Positions 43,635-55,438 of a DNA stretch of 64,000 bases are shown here, piece after piece. The stretch spans positions 434,001-498,000 of the forward strand of contig OZ025710.1 of NCBI GenBank assembly GCA_964019335.1, given 5' to 3'. Source of the DNA: Diplonema japonicum (lineage: Eukaryota > Protista > Euglenozoa: Diplonemea). Positions within the stretch are counted from its first letter, which is position 1; every line of letters starts with the position of its first letter. The position numbers were made by a program, and so were the translations under genes. Under the pieces are notes generated by a model that saw only the letters and a list, made by a program, of their open reading frames with translations, was not told the origin of the DNA and did no database searches.

Positions 43635-46490
43635 ATGTCCAAGCTAATGGAATATCATGAATACAGTGCGCAGCTGGAGCGGGATAGTGTTGTGGGGCAG
43701 CAGTTCGGGGCAGTGCTGCGGGCAGCGAAGCAGGGGTGGGTGGCACCGAGCGGTGCAGCTGCGGGAAGGTTGCGGACGCCGTCGAGCCCGAGCACATCAG
43801 CTACCTCAGCAGCGCATGAGGACGCACATGCCCAACTGGCTGGGTTGCAGAAGAGGCTTGCAAGGCTAACGTCACACGTGGACAACACGTTAAGTAGCCA
43901 CACCTGGGTGAGACCTCAACTACAAGCAGCTCCGATGCCCGTAGTGGTACATAATCCCGAAGTGCCTGAAATACAAAAACCTGTCACCACTCCTGTTCCT
44001 GATCCTGTTCATGTTCCAGCCTCTGCTCACGTTCGCACCCCGGTCCCTGCGGAAGACCTTATCGTGCAGGAGAACAGCAGGCTACGGGACGAGCTTAACA
44101 AGCTGAGGGAGGAACGAGGAAAGACCGAGGAGTTGGATCAGTTGCGGGAGAAGCTCGACAAAACCCTCGAAACTACCACGAGGGTCACTACAGAGAACGA
44201 GAAGCATCTGGCTTGTCTCACAGAATCTGAAACAAAGCAACGGGAACTTACCGAGGAATTGAAAAACGAGTTGTCGTTGGTACGTGACACGCGGCAGCGG
44301 GTGGAAGCTGCTGCGATAACAGAACTGAAGAAGGAGAATGAGGTCTTGAAGAACAGGAACGCTGCTTTGGGAACGGCGCAGGAGAAGCTGCAGAAGGAGA
44401 TCGCTACCTTGAAGCAGAAGATACCAAAGAAGAAGCTTGTCCAGTCAGTAGGGGTGGCCACTGAGACGCCTGTGAAAGTAGTAACCACTACTACCACAAA
44501 AACAATGGGCAGAACGCCTGTCATATCGAAGAAAAGGCGGAAGAAAAGTGGGACTGAAGCTTCTATGCCAGTACCTGTAGAGTTGCAACACCGTGCGGCT
44601 CACGAAACTCCTCGAACATCTGAGAAGACACCGCATACAGCACAGAAGTCCACTCGCGTGCGGGAGGTCATCCAAGAGCCCCGTGCATCCCACGAGACGG
44701 TTCGGGCAATACAAACAGCCGTGCTCAACGCACAGAGCTACTCCGAAGAGCCCCCTCCTGCAGAGTTCGATGTCGTCCGGTGTACCCCTCCAGTGAAGAA
44801 AACCGTCAGGCCTGTCATCTTTCCTGAAGAAACCAACAAGAATCCGTCCTCTCCTGCAGAGCCGGAACCCAAGCTGCAAGTTGCGCGCCACGCTGCTGCA
44901 GTAAAGAGGTTGAAGGATCGGGAGTCGCTCTCCAATTCACCGGGAAGAGAAACAGATCTTGAGTCCGCTTGGTTCGCGCTGACCACGCCAAAGAAAGACT
45001 CGCCTGTTGCCATTCCAGCAGAGCTGAAGACGCCCGAGTTCCCTCATATCTGCGACACTGATGACGAGAGCATGCACTCGTCATGCATAAAGATGTCCCC
45101 ATCGCCGGCTGCTCCTCCTCCTCCACCTGCTGTGTTGTTAGAGCAAGATACAGAGAAGATGCTCGAGAAATGGAGGGAGAAGGTTAGACAAGAGGAGCAG
45201 CTGGCCGAGCAGCGTCGACAGGAAAAACTGCGGAAACAAGAACAAGAGGACGAAGAACAGTGGAAGAGGAAAAAGAAGCAGATGGAACAAGAAGAACAGA
45301 AGATGCTGGAGAGCATCCGGCGGAGGGGGGAGGAAGAGGAACACAAGGCACGGGCTGCTATGGAACAACAGGTGCTGAAGCAGAAAAGCGAGATTGAAAA
45401 TTTGGACAGAGAGATTGAAAAGCGTGTACAACAGCAGGAAGAAGAAGAAGAACGAGCGCTGAAGCAGAAGAGGGAGCTCGAGACATTGGAAAAAGAGGTT
45501 ACAGAGCAAAAAAAGAAACAGGAAGAACGAGAAGAAAGAGAAAGACAAAAACGAGAAGCAGAAGAGAAGAAGAGACAGCAGGAAGAAGAAGCGGCACGGG
45601 AAAAAGCAAAAGAAGAAGCACGCAAAAAAGAGGAAGAAGAGAAGGAAAAAGAGTACTCTGAGGTTGCCTCGGCGAGCACAGCAAGCACTGATGCCACGCC
45701 ACTCCTCGTAAGGGACCTTCCAACTGATGATGTGCTTGACGGGGCGTTGGACAGTGCTGACAGTACACCCTTGCAGTCTCCTGAGAACCCTGAGGAGGAG
45801 AGCGCACATGGCAGCTTGGAAGATGACGAGAAGAAAGAAGAAAAGGAAAAGTATATGGACAAAAAGGAAGCTACAAACAAGTCGCAGACAATGTCGGAGC
45901 TGTTGTCGACGTTGAACTTGAAACTGCCGCCACCTGCGATGCCTTCCACTCCGCCTACTGGACCAGTGACGAATAGAGGCAAAGAAGTACTGGAGTCAGT
46001 TCTGGCAAAACGGTCGCCCCGAGGCCGCCCACCAGCGTCCCCTCAGCTGCCTCAGAAGACAATAGGCAGCCCGATAAAGCTCGGCGCAGGTCGGGGGAGG
46101 GCTTCTCCAATAAGCCGTGCTTCCGACTCGCCCCTGCGCCCTTCTGCAGGCCGTGGACGGGGATCCGATTGGGGCTTCGATTCACCTCTGCCAACTGCAG
46201 GCCGTGGGCGGGTATCCGACTCCCCTCTGCCATCTGGTCGCAGGCGGGCATCCGATTCACCCCTGCCAACTGGCCGTGGGCGGGGCCGTGGCATGGGTGG
46301 CGGCAGCAGTTCTCCTTTGCTTTCCACTGTTATCAGTAATAGAAGCAGCCAGCGCGAGCGGACCACGACACCCAGAGACTCCCCCACTCGACTCCCTCCC
46401 TCCCTTCAACTTAAACAGCTTCTTGACACTTCCAAGATTGCTTCCCCCGCTGTGCAAAAGCATGTCAAAAAACCTCCCCAACGCGAGTAA
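43635..46490 (+). CDS. Hypothetical coiled-coil / low-complexity protein (951 aa)
   Basis: Long ORF with E/K/Q-rich coiled-coil segments and C-terminal DSPLP..GRGR repeats. Confidence 0.8.
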   Translation: MSKLMEYHEYSAQLERDSVVGQQFGAVLRAAKQGWVAPSGAAAGRLRTPSSPSTSATSAAHEDAHAQLAGLQKRLARLTSHVDNTLSSHTWVRPQLQAAPMPVVVHNPEVPEIQKPVTTPVPDPVHVPASAHVRTPVPAEDLIVQENSRLRDELNKLREERGKTEELDQLREKLDKTLETTTRVTTENEKHLACLTESETKQRELTEELKNELSLVRDTRQRVEAAAITELKKENEVLKNRNAALGTAQEKLQKEIATLKQKIPKKKLVQSVGVATETPVKVVTTTTTKTMGRTPVISKKRRKKSGTEASMPVPVELQHRAAHETPRTSEKTPHTAQKSTRVREVIQEPRASHETVRAIQTAVLNAQSYSEEPPPAEFDVVRCTPPVKKTVRPVIFPEETNKNPSSPAEPEPKLQVARHAAAVKRLKDRESLSNSPGRETDLESAWFALTTPKKDSPVAIPAELKTPEFPHICDTDDESMHSSCIKMSPSPAAPPPPPAVLLEQDTEKMLEKWREKVRQEEQLAEQRRQEKLRKQEQEDEEQWKRKKKQMEQEEQKMLESIRRRGEEEEHKARAAMEQQVLKQKSEIENLDREIEKRVQQQEEEEERALKQKRELETLEKEVTEQKKKQEEREERERQKREAEEKKRQQEEEAAREKAKEEARKKEEEEKEKEYSEVASASTASTDATPLLVRDLPTDDVLDGALDSADSTPLQSPENPEEESAHGSLEDDEKKEEKEKYMDKKEATNKSQTMSELLSTLNLKLPPPAMPSTPPTGPVTNRGKEVLESVLAKRSPRGRPPASPQLPQKTIGSPIKLGAGRGRASPISRASDSPLRPSAGRGRGSDWGFDSPLPTAGRGRVSDSPLPSGRRRASDSPLPTGRGRGRGMGGGSSSPLLSTVISNRSSQRERTTTPRDSPTRLPPSLQLKQLLDTSKIASPAVQKHVKKPPQRE

Positions 46491-46750
46491 TTCCTGCTTT
46501 TATTTTGTATCCCCCTCCCCACTCCCCCCTTTTGTATAATGGTGCAGTTCCTTTTTATTCTAGTTTTTCTGTTCAATTTTAATTTTCTGTGAAACCAATT
46601 TGGTTCGTCGGTCCAAGATATTCTTTTTGCACAGAATCGTTCTTTTACACGTTGGTGTTCTGTGCATTTTGCTGTGTTTCTGCGCACTCGAGCATTCGTT
46701 GCCGCACTCTATTTTTAAAATCACATTTCTACAGCGTACACTAAAACAAC

Positions 46751-49700
46751 ATGGGAGATACCAAAAAGGGGGTCATCCAGAAGCTCAGGACGCTCGACAA
46801 AGTTGTGTTCAGCCCGTTACTGGATAGCATAGAGAGGTGCGAGGAGGTAGGGAAGCAGGTTCTGGAATGCGGTGGATACAAGCAGGTAGGGGTGTTGTGG
46901 CAGGGCACTGGCGGAAGGATCATCGTGATAATGGAACGAACTAACAAACCCGAAATGCTCGACATCAGCTGCCTGAAGCACTCAGAGGTGGTAGACGACG
47001 TAAGGCAGGGTGACATCTTCGAGAATGTGGACACTTACATGACAACGATGGAGGCAAAGCTCGAGTCACAAGGGGTCCCCGACAGTAAGCAGTACTCTAT
47101 CCAACTGCAGGACACGGGGTCGAAGTTTACTACGACTGTCACCAGCGATTCTGTCATCGTGTCTGCTTTCTCGAAGCTCACCCCCACCTACTTTGACCTG
47201 TGCCTCCGTCTGAATTCCTCCGCCCTTGTCTACTACAACAAAACAGTGGCGGGGAACCTCACCCATTCGGGTGACATCGTAAATGGCCACGAGCTCCTCC
47301 ACACTGTGAAGCTTCGTAGCTGCACTGCTGACGATGTTGTTGTCCCCTTCCTCACTGGCTACCGCAGCACACCCCTCCGCAGGTTCGAGGAGCACCGCCC
47401 AGTCGTGGTGGTGTGGGACCATACCACCAAGGAGTGCTTTGTGATTCGTGTCCCGCTTGACGAAGTGACCATTGGAGACCACACACTCTGCGCGCCTATT
47501 GTCGGTAGGCAAGGGAGAGACAACATGATCCACTGGGAGGTGCTCGCGAACCCCTGCGTCGGTTCAGGTGCTGCACCGTCTTTCAACTCCGACAGCATGG
47601 CTTCTTTGGAACGCGCCCGTGAAAGTGGTTCAAAAACCGAGCCTGCAAAGCCTGGGTTCCTTGCAAAGGCTGCAAACCTCTTCAAGAAAACGCTTTCGTC
47701 TACTGACAAACCTTCTGTTGATGTGTGTGAGACTCCCGCACCGAAAGATGTCCAAGTGCTGGTGGAGGGAAATAAGAGGAAAGTCGTGATTCTACACACC
47801 GAAGACGTAGACCCCTCGTTCATCAACATCGTCCCCGATGTGTACATTCCCTTCGGGGGGTCGATGGCCTTCTGTGACGCGGCGCACAACTACCACCCAG
47901 ACTACCACACAGCGGAGGGGGAGGTGAAGCAGGATAAGGAATCGGTGCTGCTACCATGTGTTGTACCTGGAGGCCTGGTGGGTGGGCTGCTACTCACTGC
48001 GGGCAAGGTGTGCGCTCCTATGAAGAAGGGAGTAGACCTTGCGGAGTTCTACAGGACGACCGAAATGCTGGTGGTTGTGGTTTCTGACAGGATGATCGAT
48101 GCTGCAAGAGAAGTGAACCCCGACATGCGCCTTAATGGATTGTACATCGTTGTTCCCAGCGTAGACCCACCGGCTGCTGTCTTCGCCGAAAAGAACAAAA
48201 TGCGAGAGTACCTTCTGGGGCTGAACATGAACGCAGCCATGTCACTGGCAGGTCCTCAGTCATTCATTGTGGCAGGGCTGAAGGACCCTTCCACGGGGCT
48301 ATACCGTTACTTTTCTCTGGACGGGGTAGGGCTGAGATGGTTGGTGGAGTCACCCGTGATACCTTTCGAGGAAGTGACGGCGCAGATGGAGGACCTCCGC
48401 GAGTGGGTGAAGTCTACGACAGAGGCCGATGAATGTGTGAGGTCAGTCGGTGTGCTAGTGGACAGACGTACAGCAAAGGTTACTTTCCAGGGAGCGCTGT
48501 ACGAGGTGGCAGCGCTCACAAAGCTGTTCACAGAGCTCACGATTGACGATTTCACGGAAGCGAAGACAGACATGAAGGAAGTGCTGGCACAGCTGCGCAT
48601 GTTGCTCGACGACAGCGAGTTGAAGAAGCTTGGGAAGACGCTCACCACAGTGCTGAGGGAGAAGATGGTCCCTGCATGGCAGATGACAGAGGAGGAGAAA
48701 GGGAGCCTGGATGATATGCTTGCAGGGAACATGAAGCTCTCTGCGTCATACAAGGAGCACAAGGCAAAATGCAACAAGACTAAAGCGGCCCTGCAGTGGC
48801 TAGTAGAGGAGCTGGGGTGCATGGTGTCGTCGTCAAAGGCGGGGACGATTGGGTTCAATATCCAGAAGCTCGCAAAGGCGCAGAAAGTAGCTGCGAATGT
48901 AGGAGTCGCTTTGAATATGTCTCTGAAGGACTTCACCGACCTCACAGAGCAGCACTGTGGGGAGGCGGGAGCGGTCGTGTGCAGTGTGAACAGAGACGCG
49001 ATGAGGGAGCTGCTTGCTGCGGTAGCGACGACAACCTTCTCGGACTTTGCTTCCGACAAGTGGGAAGAGTTGATGCAGAGAAACCCTCTGAGCTGGGACA
49101 AGCCCTTGTTCGACGCGAACACAGTGGGTGCACTTCTCGAAATGACGAAGGAGGCAAAGGCACACCCCCTGTCGCAGAAGGCAGGCTGCAAGTCACAGAC
49201 CCTTGCTCTGCCCAACAAGTTCGCTGAAGACACAAAATCATCTCTCGCTCTGTTCCTGCTTGACAGGTTCATAGAGATGAAGGACCCATACATTGCAAAG
49301 TGGTACGCCCACGCGGACTGGCGCCCCGTCGCCGTGCTCAGGATCCTGCTGCGTTCGACGATTTCCGACGCTTCAATGTGCAGGGACATCAGCCCCGCCA
49401 TTTCCCCTACGAACAAGGACTTGGGATTCTTCCTCGCGACAGTGATCCTGGCACAGATTAGACAGATCACGGAGCGCCGTTCTGCTGGATCTGAGGTGGC
49501 CTTCGATGACACGATTTCGCAAATCACGCGAGGTCTCTATGGTTTCGTGTTGTGCTTGCTGGCGTCGACAGGGACGGGGCAGCCGTTGAGCACAGCGTGG
49601 CAGATCGTCAGTGAGTCGACGGAGGTACCGAACCTCCCGCGTGAGCACGAGTGGGTGTACTATGGGGAGCTGGCCAAGAACTTCCACGGAACCGGGTGGG

Positions 49701-51445
49701 ACATGAAGACGCTGCAGCGGAACATCACATGGCTACTAGTGCACTGGGCACACTTTAAACTCGTGCAGCCTATGTGCAACGCTCTGCGAGGGACGACAAA
49801 GAGTGGGAAGGACCTTGAGACAGGGTTGAAGCTGGAACACAAGACTTATTCGTACCTCTTAGGAGACACAATGGCAGCAAAATCAGTAGAGCACTCTCTA
49901 CAGACTTACGGGAAACCGCACCTCACGGCGACAATGATGGGTGCAACTTTCGCAGGGAAGTCAACCCTTGTGGAGAACCTTGTGGGGCAAGAGCAGAAGA
50001 AACGGACTCCGGAAGGCGACGGCCCAGAGAGGACAGTGGACGGGGCCTACTACGACATGCCCGACGGTGGCGAGAGGCACGTGACACTGGTGGATGTCCC
50101 AGGGGACAGGGGGAGGTCGAAGAACTACTTTGCACACGCGTCCCACGGCAGTGCAGGGATCATGGTGGTCTCTGCTGACAACTTCGCTGCGGAATTCTTG
50201 AAAGACAAGCAGTTCGAGGGGAGGGGGCGCACACACGGCAACATGTGGCTGGTGGCGGGGAAGAAACACATCATCGTAGCCATCTCCAAGATGGACAAGG
50301 TAGGGTATGCACAGGAGGCATATGACAAGGCAGTGACAGCAGTCAAAGCCGGCCTCCCTAAGGCAATGCAGATGGTGTTTGTACCTGTGGACAAGAAAGG
50401 CGCGAATGTGCACGAGAAGTCCGACCTGACACCTTGGTACGAAGGGCCGTGTCTGAATGAGATGTTGCAGAAGAACGTAGTGATTCCAGATCTTGAGAAG
50501 AATAAGGCAATGAAAATGACTATCTCGCACCGCTACAAGGTTAAAGGGGTAGGCTACGTAGTTGTGGGGAAGGTAATGCAAGGCGTTCTCGAGAAAGACG
50601 ACGTCATCACGTTCCTAGGCACCTCCAGTGGGCCTATCGAGTCACGTGTGAAGTCCATCCAAACCCACCCCGGAAAAGTTCCCATTACGAGGGCCGAGGC
50701 AGGCGACGTGGTGGGCGTGTGCTTCGCAGCCTGTCATGACAGGCTCCCGACAGGTGGCTGTATTGCGGTTCACGATTACATGAAAAGCGAGTGCGTGCAG
50801 CACCACACAGCCGTAGTGCAGGGTACAGGGAAGCTTATAAAGCGTGGGATGGAGCTGCAGCTATACACCGACACTTCGCGTGACACAGTGCGCATTACAG
50901 ATGTGGAGATGCTGGACAGTCAAACCAAGGGCACAGGGAAGATACAGTTCCGCTCTCGGTACAGGGGCATTATCCTGCACAATGAAAGCAGGCTTGTCTT
51001 CATGGACGGGCCAGTGGTGGTGCTCTACGGGAAGGCAGACAATGGGGTCGTTGTTGTGGACGAGGAAGCGAAGAAGATGCTTTCCCAGGCAGCGAAGAAG
51101 AGGGAAACGGCTGTGCCCAGCAGGTTGGCAGCGCCACTGCGCCTTCCCCCCTGTCTAGTTGAGAACCCCTTGGGTGCCGTGTTGCAGGAGTTAGTGCTGA
51201 AGGACAGCCCCGCTCTCCAGCAGTTTGCCGAATCTGGACAGGCCCTCTCCTCCGAACAGCTGGCGCGTGTGACGAAGTCGCTGGCTGATTGCCGCCCTCC
51301 CACAGCATCTGTCCTCAAGGCCTTGTGCGAGGTCGCAGGGCTGTCCCTCACAGAGAACTCCTTTGCAGCCATCATCGAGGAACTCATCTTCGGTGAGGGT
51401 TCTGCTGCCGCCGAGTTTGCCATTCTCAAGAGGCTTGGTTTCTGA
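46751..51445 (+). CDS. 1564-aa protein: large unrecognised N-terminal region fused to a degenerate EFL/EF1A-like translational GTPase (domains I-III)
   Basis: G1 GATFAGKST (~49940), G3 DVPGD (~50093), G4 SKMD (~50285), PWYEGP, domain II YKVKGVG..VVGKV.QG and AEAGDVVG. Confidence 0.8.
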   Translation: MGDTKKGVIQKLRTLDKVVFSPLLDSIERCEEVGKQVLECGGYKQVGVLWQGTGGRIIVIMERTNKPEMLDISCLKHSEVVDDVRQGDIFENVDTYMTTMEAKLESQGVPDSKQYSIQLQDTGSKFTTTVTSDSVIVSAFSKLTPTYFDLCLRLNSSALVYYNKTVAGNLTHSGDIVNGHELLHTVKLRSCTADDVVVPFLTGYRSTPLRRFEEHRPVVVVWDHTTKECFVIRVPLDEVTIGDHTLCAPIVGRQGRDNMIHWEVLANPCVGSGAAPSFNSDSMASLERARESGSKTEPAKPGFLAKAANLFKKTLSSTDKPSVDVCETPAPKDVQVLVEGNKRKVVILHTEDVDPSFINIVPDVYIPFGGSMAFCDAAHNYHPDYHTAEGEVKQDKESVLLPCVVPGGLVGGLLLTAGKVCAPMKKGVDLAEFYRTTEMLVVVVSDRMIDAAREVNPDMRLNGLYIVVPSVDPPAAVFAEKNKMREYLLGLNMNAAMSLAGPQSFIVAGLKDPSTGLYRYFSLDGVGLRWLVESPVIPFEEVTAQMEDLREWVKSTTEADECVRSVGVLVDRRTAKVTFQGALYEVAALTKLFTELTIDDFTEAKTDMKEVLAQLRMLLDDSELKKLGKTLTTVLREKMVPAWQMTEEEKGSLDDMLAGNMKLSASYKEHKAKCNKTKAALQWLVEELGCMVSSSKAGTIGFNIQKLAKAQKVAANVGVALNMSLKDFTDLTEQHCGEAGAVVCSVNRDAMRELLAAVATTTFSDFASDKWEELMQRNPLSWDKPLFDANTVGALLEMTKEAKAHPLSQKAGCKSQTLALPNKFAEDTKSSLALFLLDRFIEMKDPYIAKWYAHADWRPVAVLRILLRSTISDASMCRDISPAISPTNKDLGFFLATVILAQIRQITERRSAGSEVAFDDTISQITRGLYGFVLCLLASTGTGQPLSTAWQIVSESTEVPNLPREHEWVYYGELAKNFHGTGWDMKTLQRNITWLLVHWAHFKLVQPMCNALRGTTKSGKDLETGLKLEHKTYSYLLGDTMAAKSVEHSLQTYGKPHLTATMMGATFAGKSTLVENLVGQEQKKRTPEGDGPERTVDGAYYDMPDGGERHVTLVDVPGDRGRSKNYFAHASHGSAGIMVVSADNFAAEFLKDKQFEGRGRTHGNMWLVAGKKHIIVAISKMDKVGYAQEAYDKAVTAVKAGLPKAMQMVFVPVDKKGANVHEKSDLTPWYEGPCLNEMLQKNVVIPDLEKNKAMKMTISHRYKVKGVGYVVVGKVMQGVLEKDDVITFLGTSSGPIESRVKSIQTHPGKVPITRAEAGDVVGVCFAACHDRLPTGGCIAVHDYMKSECVQHHTAVVQGTGKLIKRGMELQLYTDTSRDTVRITDVEMLDSQTKGTGKIQFRSRYRGIILHNESRLVFMDGPVVVLYGKADNGVVVVDEEAKKMLSQAAKKRETAVPSRLAAPLRLPPCLVENPLGAVLQELVLKDSPALQQFAESGQALSSEQLARVTKSLADCRPPTASVLKALCEVAGLSLTENSFAAIIEELIFGEGSAAAEFAILKRLGF

Positions 51446-51997
51446 CAAGAGAGAAATATCCAATAACCACTATCCTTCGCCTTCGAGCACTTTCGCGTGC
51501 TTGGGCTCGCTCTTTAATTCTTAAACTTTACTTCTCCCCCCTCCCCCCTTCTTTTTCTTCCTTCCTTTTGGTGAGCAAACACATCTTGGTACCAGGCGCC
51601 CCTGCTAAGCAGAGACACCGCATTTAAGAAACAGGAGAAGAGTCAAGTTGACAGGGCTTGTGCAGGGCGCCATCAACGTCTCATTTAGCTTTTATTTATT
51701 TATTTATTTTTCTTTTTTTTTGCTGTTTAACTATTGTCGAGAGTAAGAAACTAGTTATTTTTATTTGGCAGCGCTAGTGGGTTTTTCCTCTTTTCCCCCC
51801 CTCTCTTATCAGAACCAATGTGCCCCTAGAAGCCTCTCTTTGGCTCGGGGACGGTTGACATGTCGTACCTTCTTTCTTCTAACCTTTCCAACACCTTCGA
51901 GCACATTCTGTGCTTGGGTTTTTGCCCTTTTTTTTTTATTATAATAACTCAGTACCCCTTTGGTGGAGCCTTGCAAGTGGTTCCTTGCTTCATTCTT

Positions 51998-52030
<33 letters not shown>

Positions 52031-52137
52031 CATATTGTCCTTACCTCAACTGTGATCAACACGGAAGCACTCTTATTTTAGTTATCATCAAATAAAATCA
52101 ACCACCAAGCCTCCAGGTCCCCAGGGCCTTGTCAACT

Positions 52138-55100
52138 ATGCACGCAAAGAAGATCATAGCGTTACTCGTATCTGCGGTTGTCTGTTATGTCCTAGTGACA
52201 AACACAACAAAAATAAGGAAGAACCCCCGTGTTACAAGACCTTTAAGAAGATCCCTCCGAAAGCAGGAGAGGAGCCTGACAGAAGCAGAGCAGGAAAGGT
52301 GCAGTGCCGAGATAGCGGCACTTGAAAGCCTCAACCTCGATTTCACCATCGCCAAGATGCTGTCTGGCACTTCGCTTGCTGTGATGCGAGGCAGCGACAT
52401 TGTGAGCAGCATGCTTCTGTCATCAGGGCTTTGGGAGCAGCAAGAAACAGCGAAGGCTTTCAAAGCATACGATTTAATGCAACAAAAGGAAAGCACCTGC
52501 GCACAGCCCCCCTGTGTGGACAAGGTGTTCCTTGATGTTGGTGCAAACCTCGGGACGTGGACCTTCTACGCCGCGCAACACGGCTACCACACTGTCTCTG
52601 TGGAGGGGTCGCCACCCAACTTCGCACTTCTTCAGCTCAGTAAATGTTTGAACCCTGATTTGGCACCCAGAATCAACCTTATAAATGCTTTTGTGAGCGA
52701 AGGACATGAGCACTGCCTGATTATGTGTGATCTTTCGAATCAGGGCGATGTCATGCTCAACTGCCAAGACCATGAGTGGACTGAACCCGAGATGGTGACA
52801 CACAGGGAAATGCTACGCGTGAAGGAGAGGAGGATGAACGTTCTCCTGACACGCACAATGACAAGGAGGCTGGACGATGTGATTGCTGAGGCACTTGCGG
52901 CCCACCCGAACTTCCCGAATGTGTTCCGTGGGATGAAGATCGACATTGAGAGTTCTGAGCTGATGGCCATGAGGGGAGCACCCAAGCTTCTTGCAGGTCA
53001 AGGGGCTGCTGAGCTTCCCATCATCTTCAGTGAGGTGTGGTATCACATCCGTGGTGGGCCCCAACCTGATGCTTACTTCCAGCTGATGAGGGCAGCTGGT
53101 TACGAACTTCGTGATCCTTCTTGCCTGTGGGTGTGGTTCGCTGAGCAAGATGCAGCCACCCTTGCAAGGATCATGAAGAACGGCATCGAGAACGTGGTAT
53201 GCAGATGGAAAACAAAAAGATCTAAATATTTTTCAGTGCTTCGTCAAGAAGGGTTCGATACCTGCTCCGGTACCTCAGCCACCTCCAGAAGTCGCACTGC
53301 CTCCTCCGGTGGTACCAGCCCCAGTGCCAGTACCAGAGCCAGCCCCAGTACCAGTGCCAGTACCAGTGCCAGCCCCAGTTGTACTTGCTAAACATGAAAG
53401 GCACATCACTGATGCTGAGCGTCAAACGTGCAGCGCAGAGATTGCGGCACTTGTGGGTCTCAACATTGAGTACGCAATTGTCAAGACGCCATTGGGGATC
53501 TCGCTTGCGGTAATGAGAGGCAACGACATAGTGAGCAAGGCACTGCTTGAGTACGGGCAGTGGGAGCACCCTGACACAGTGCAGGCCTTCGAGGCCTACA
53601 ACAGGGCAGTGGAGCACAGAGAGAAAGGTACATGCGCACAGCCCCCCTGTGTGGACAAGGTGTTCCTTGATGTTGGTACAAACCTCGGGACATGGTCTTT
53701 CTATGCAGCACTGCAGGGAATGCACACTGTCTCTGTGGAGGGGTCACCACCCAACTTCGCACTTCTTCAGCTCAGCAAATGTTTGAACCCTGAATTGGCA
53801 CCCAGAATCAACCTAGTGGACAGCTTTGTGAGCGAAGGCTCTGAGTACTGCCTGGTTGTGTGCGACCTTGCGAACCAGGGTGACGTCGCTCTCAACTGCC
53901 AAGCAGAGGAATGGACAGAACCTGCGATCGACAGCTACAAGGCTGAGTTCACGAAGCACGACCGCAACGTGCGGCTGACACGCACCACGACAAAGAGGTT
54001 GGACGACATTGTTGCTCAGGTGTTCCAAGAGCACCCGAACTTCCCGAATGTGTTCCATGGGATGAAGATCGACATTGAAGGGTCTGAGCTGATGGCCATG
54101 AGGGGGTCACCCAAGCTTCTTGCAGGTCAGGGGGCTGCTGAGCTTCCCATCATCTTCAGTGAGGTGTGGTATCAGATCCGTGGTGGGCCCCACCCTGATG
54201 CTTACTTCAAGATGATGAGGGAGGCTGGCTACGAACTCCGCGACCATACTTGTGGCACTGTGTGGCCTGCTGAAAAGGATACGAAAATCGTGACAAGATT
54301 GAGCAGTTCAAACATTGAGAATGTGGTATGAAGCAGAAGAAGAAATAAAACAAACTAACAGTGCTTCGTGAAAAAGGCCGTGTCTGCACGCTTGGCTGGC
54401 CCACCGCTGCCCCCACTGCGTGCCCACGAGAGGCGGATAACTGACGAAGAACGCCAGAGGTGCAGTGCCGAGATAGCGGCACTCGACGAGCTCAGCATCT
54501 CATTCACTGTTGCCAAAGCGGCGATGGGAGCATCCATTGCTGTGATGGCAAGCAATGACATTGTGAGCCAGTTCCTTGTGACATCCGGGAAATGGGAACA
54601 GTCCGAGACCGTGAAAGCCTTCCAGGAATACGATGTCGTTATGCAACAGAAAGCCAAGGGTACCTGCGCACAGCCCCCCTGTGTGGACAAGGTGTTCCTT
54701 GATGTTGGTGCAAACCTCGGGACGTGGACCTTCTACGCAGCACTGCACGGCTACCACACTGTCTCTGTGGAGGGGTCACCACCCAACTTCGCACTTCTTC
54801 AGCTCAGTAAATGTTTGAACCCTGATTTGGCACCCAGAATCAACTTCGTGGACAGCTTTGTGAACGAAGGCTCTGAGCACTGCCTGGTTGTGTGCGACCT
54901 TGCGAACCAAGGCGATGTGACTCTCAACTGCAAAGCAGAGGAATGGACAGAACCTGCCATGACGGCCTACAAGGCTGAGTTCACGAAGCACAACCGCAAC
55001 GTGCGGCTGACACGCACAATGACAAGGCAGCTGGACACCATCATCGCTCAGGTGTTGGAAGAGCACCCGAACTTCCCGAATGTGTTCCATGGGATGAAGA

Positions 55101-55361
55101 TCGACATTGAAGGGTCTGAGCTGATGGCCATGAGGGGAGCACCCAAGCTTCTTGCAGGTCAAGGGGCTGCTGAGCTTCCCATCATCTTCAGTGAGGTGTG
55201 GTATCACATCCGTGGTGGGCCCCAACCTGATGCTTACTTCCAGCTGATGAGGGCAGCTGGCTACGAACTCCGCGACCCTACCTGTAAGAATGTGTGGCCT
55301 GCTGAGCAGGATCCTGCCACGCTCAACAGGATGAAGAGAACACTCATTGAGAATGTGGTAT

Positions 55362-55400
<39 letters not shown>

Positions 55401-55438
55401 TTCAAACAACATAACCATAGTGCTTTGTGAAGAAATAG
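52138..55438 (+). CDS. Type II membrane protein with three tandem FkbM-family (Methyltransf_21) methyltransferase domains; exons 52138-53196, 53237-54325, 54362-55357, 55421-55438 (~1053 aa)
   Basis: N-terminal transmembrane anchor. Each domain has FLDVG(A/T)NLG, VEGSP and KIDIE(G/S)SE. Phase-0 GTATG…AG introns join ENV|CFVK in frame; linkers are Pro-rich. Confidence 0.85.

Noticed and set aside
48307-49527. 406-aa minus-strand ORF (likewise 45044-45982)
   Set aside because: Antisense shadows of long + strand genes.
53197-53391. Ser/Thr-rich tail of ORF 52129..53391
   Set aside because: Out-of-frame read-through of an intron; the spliced frame gives the Pro-rich linker.
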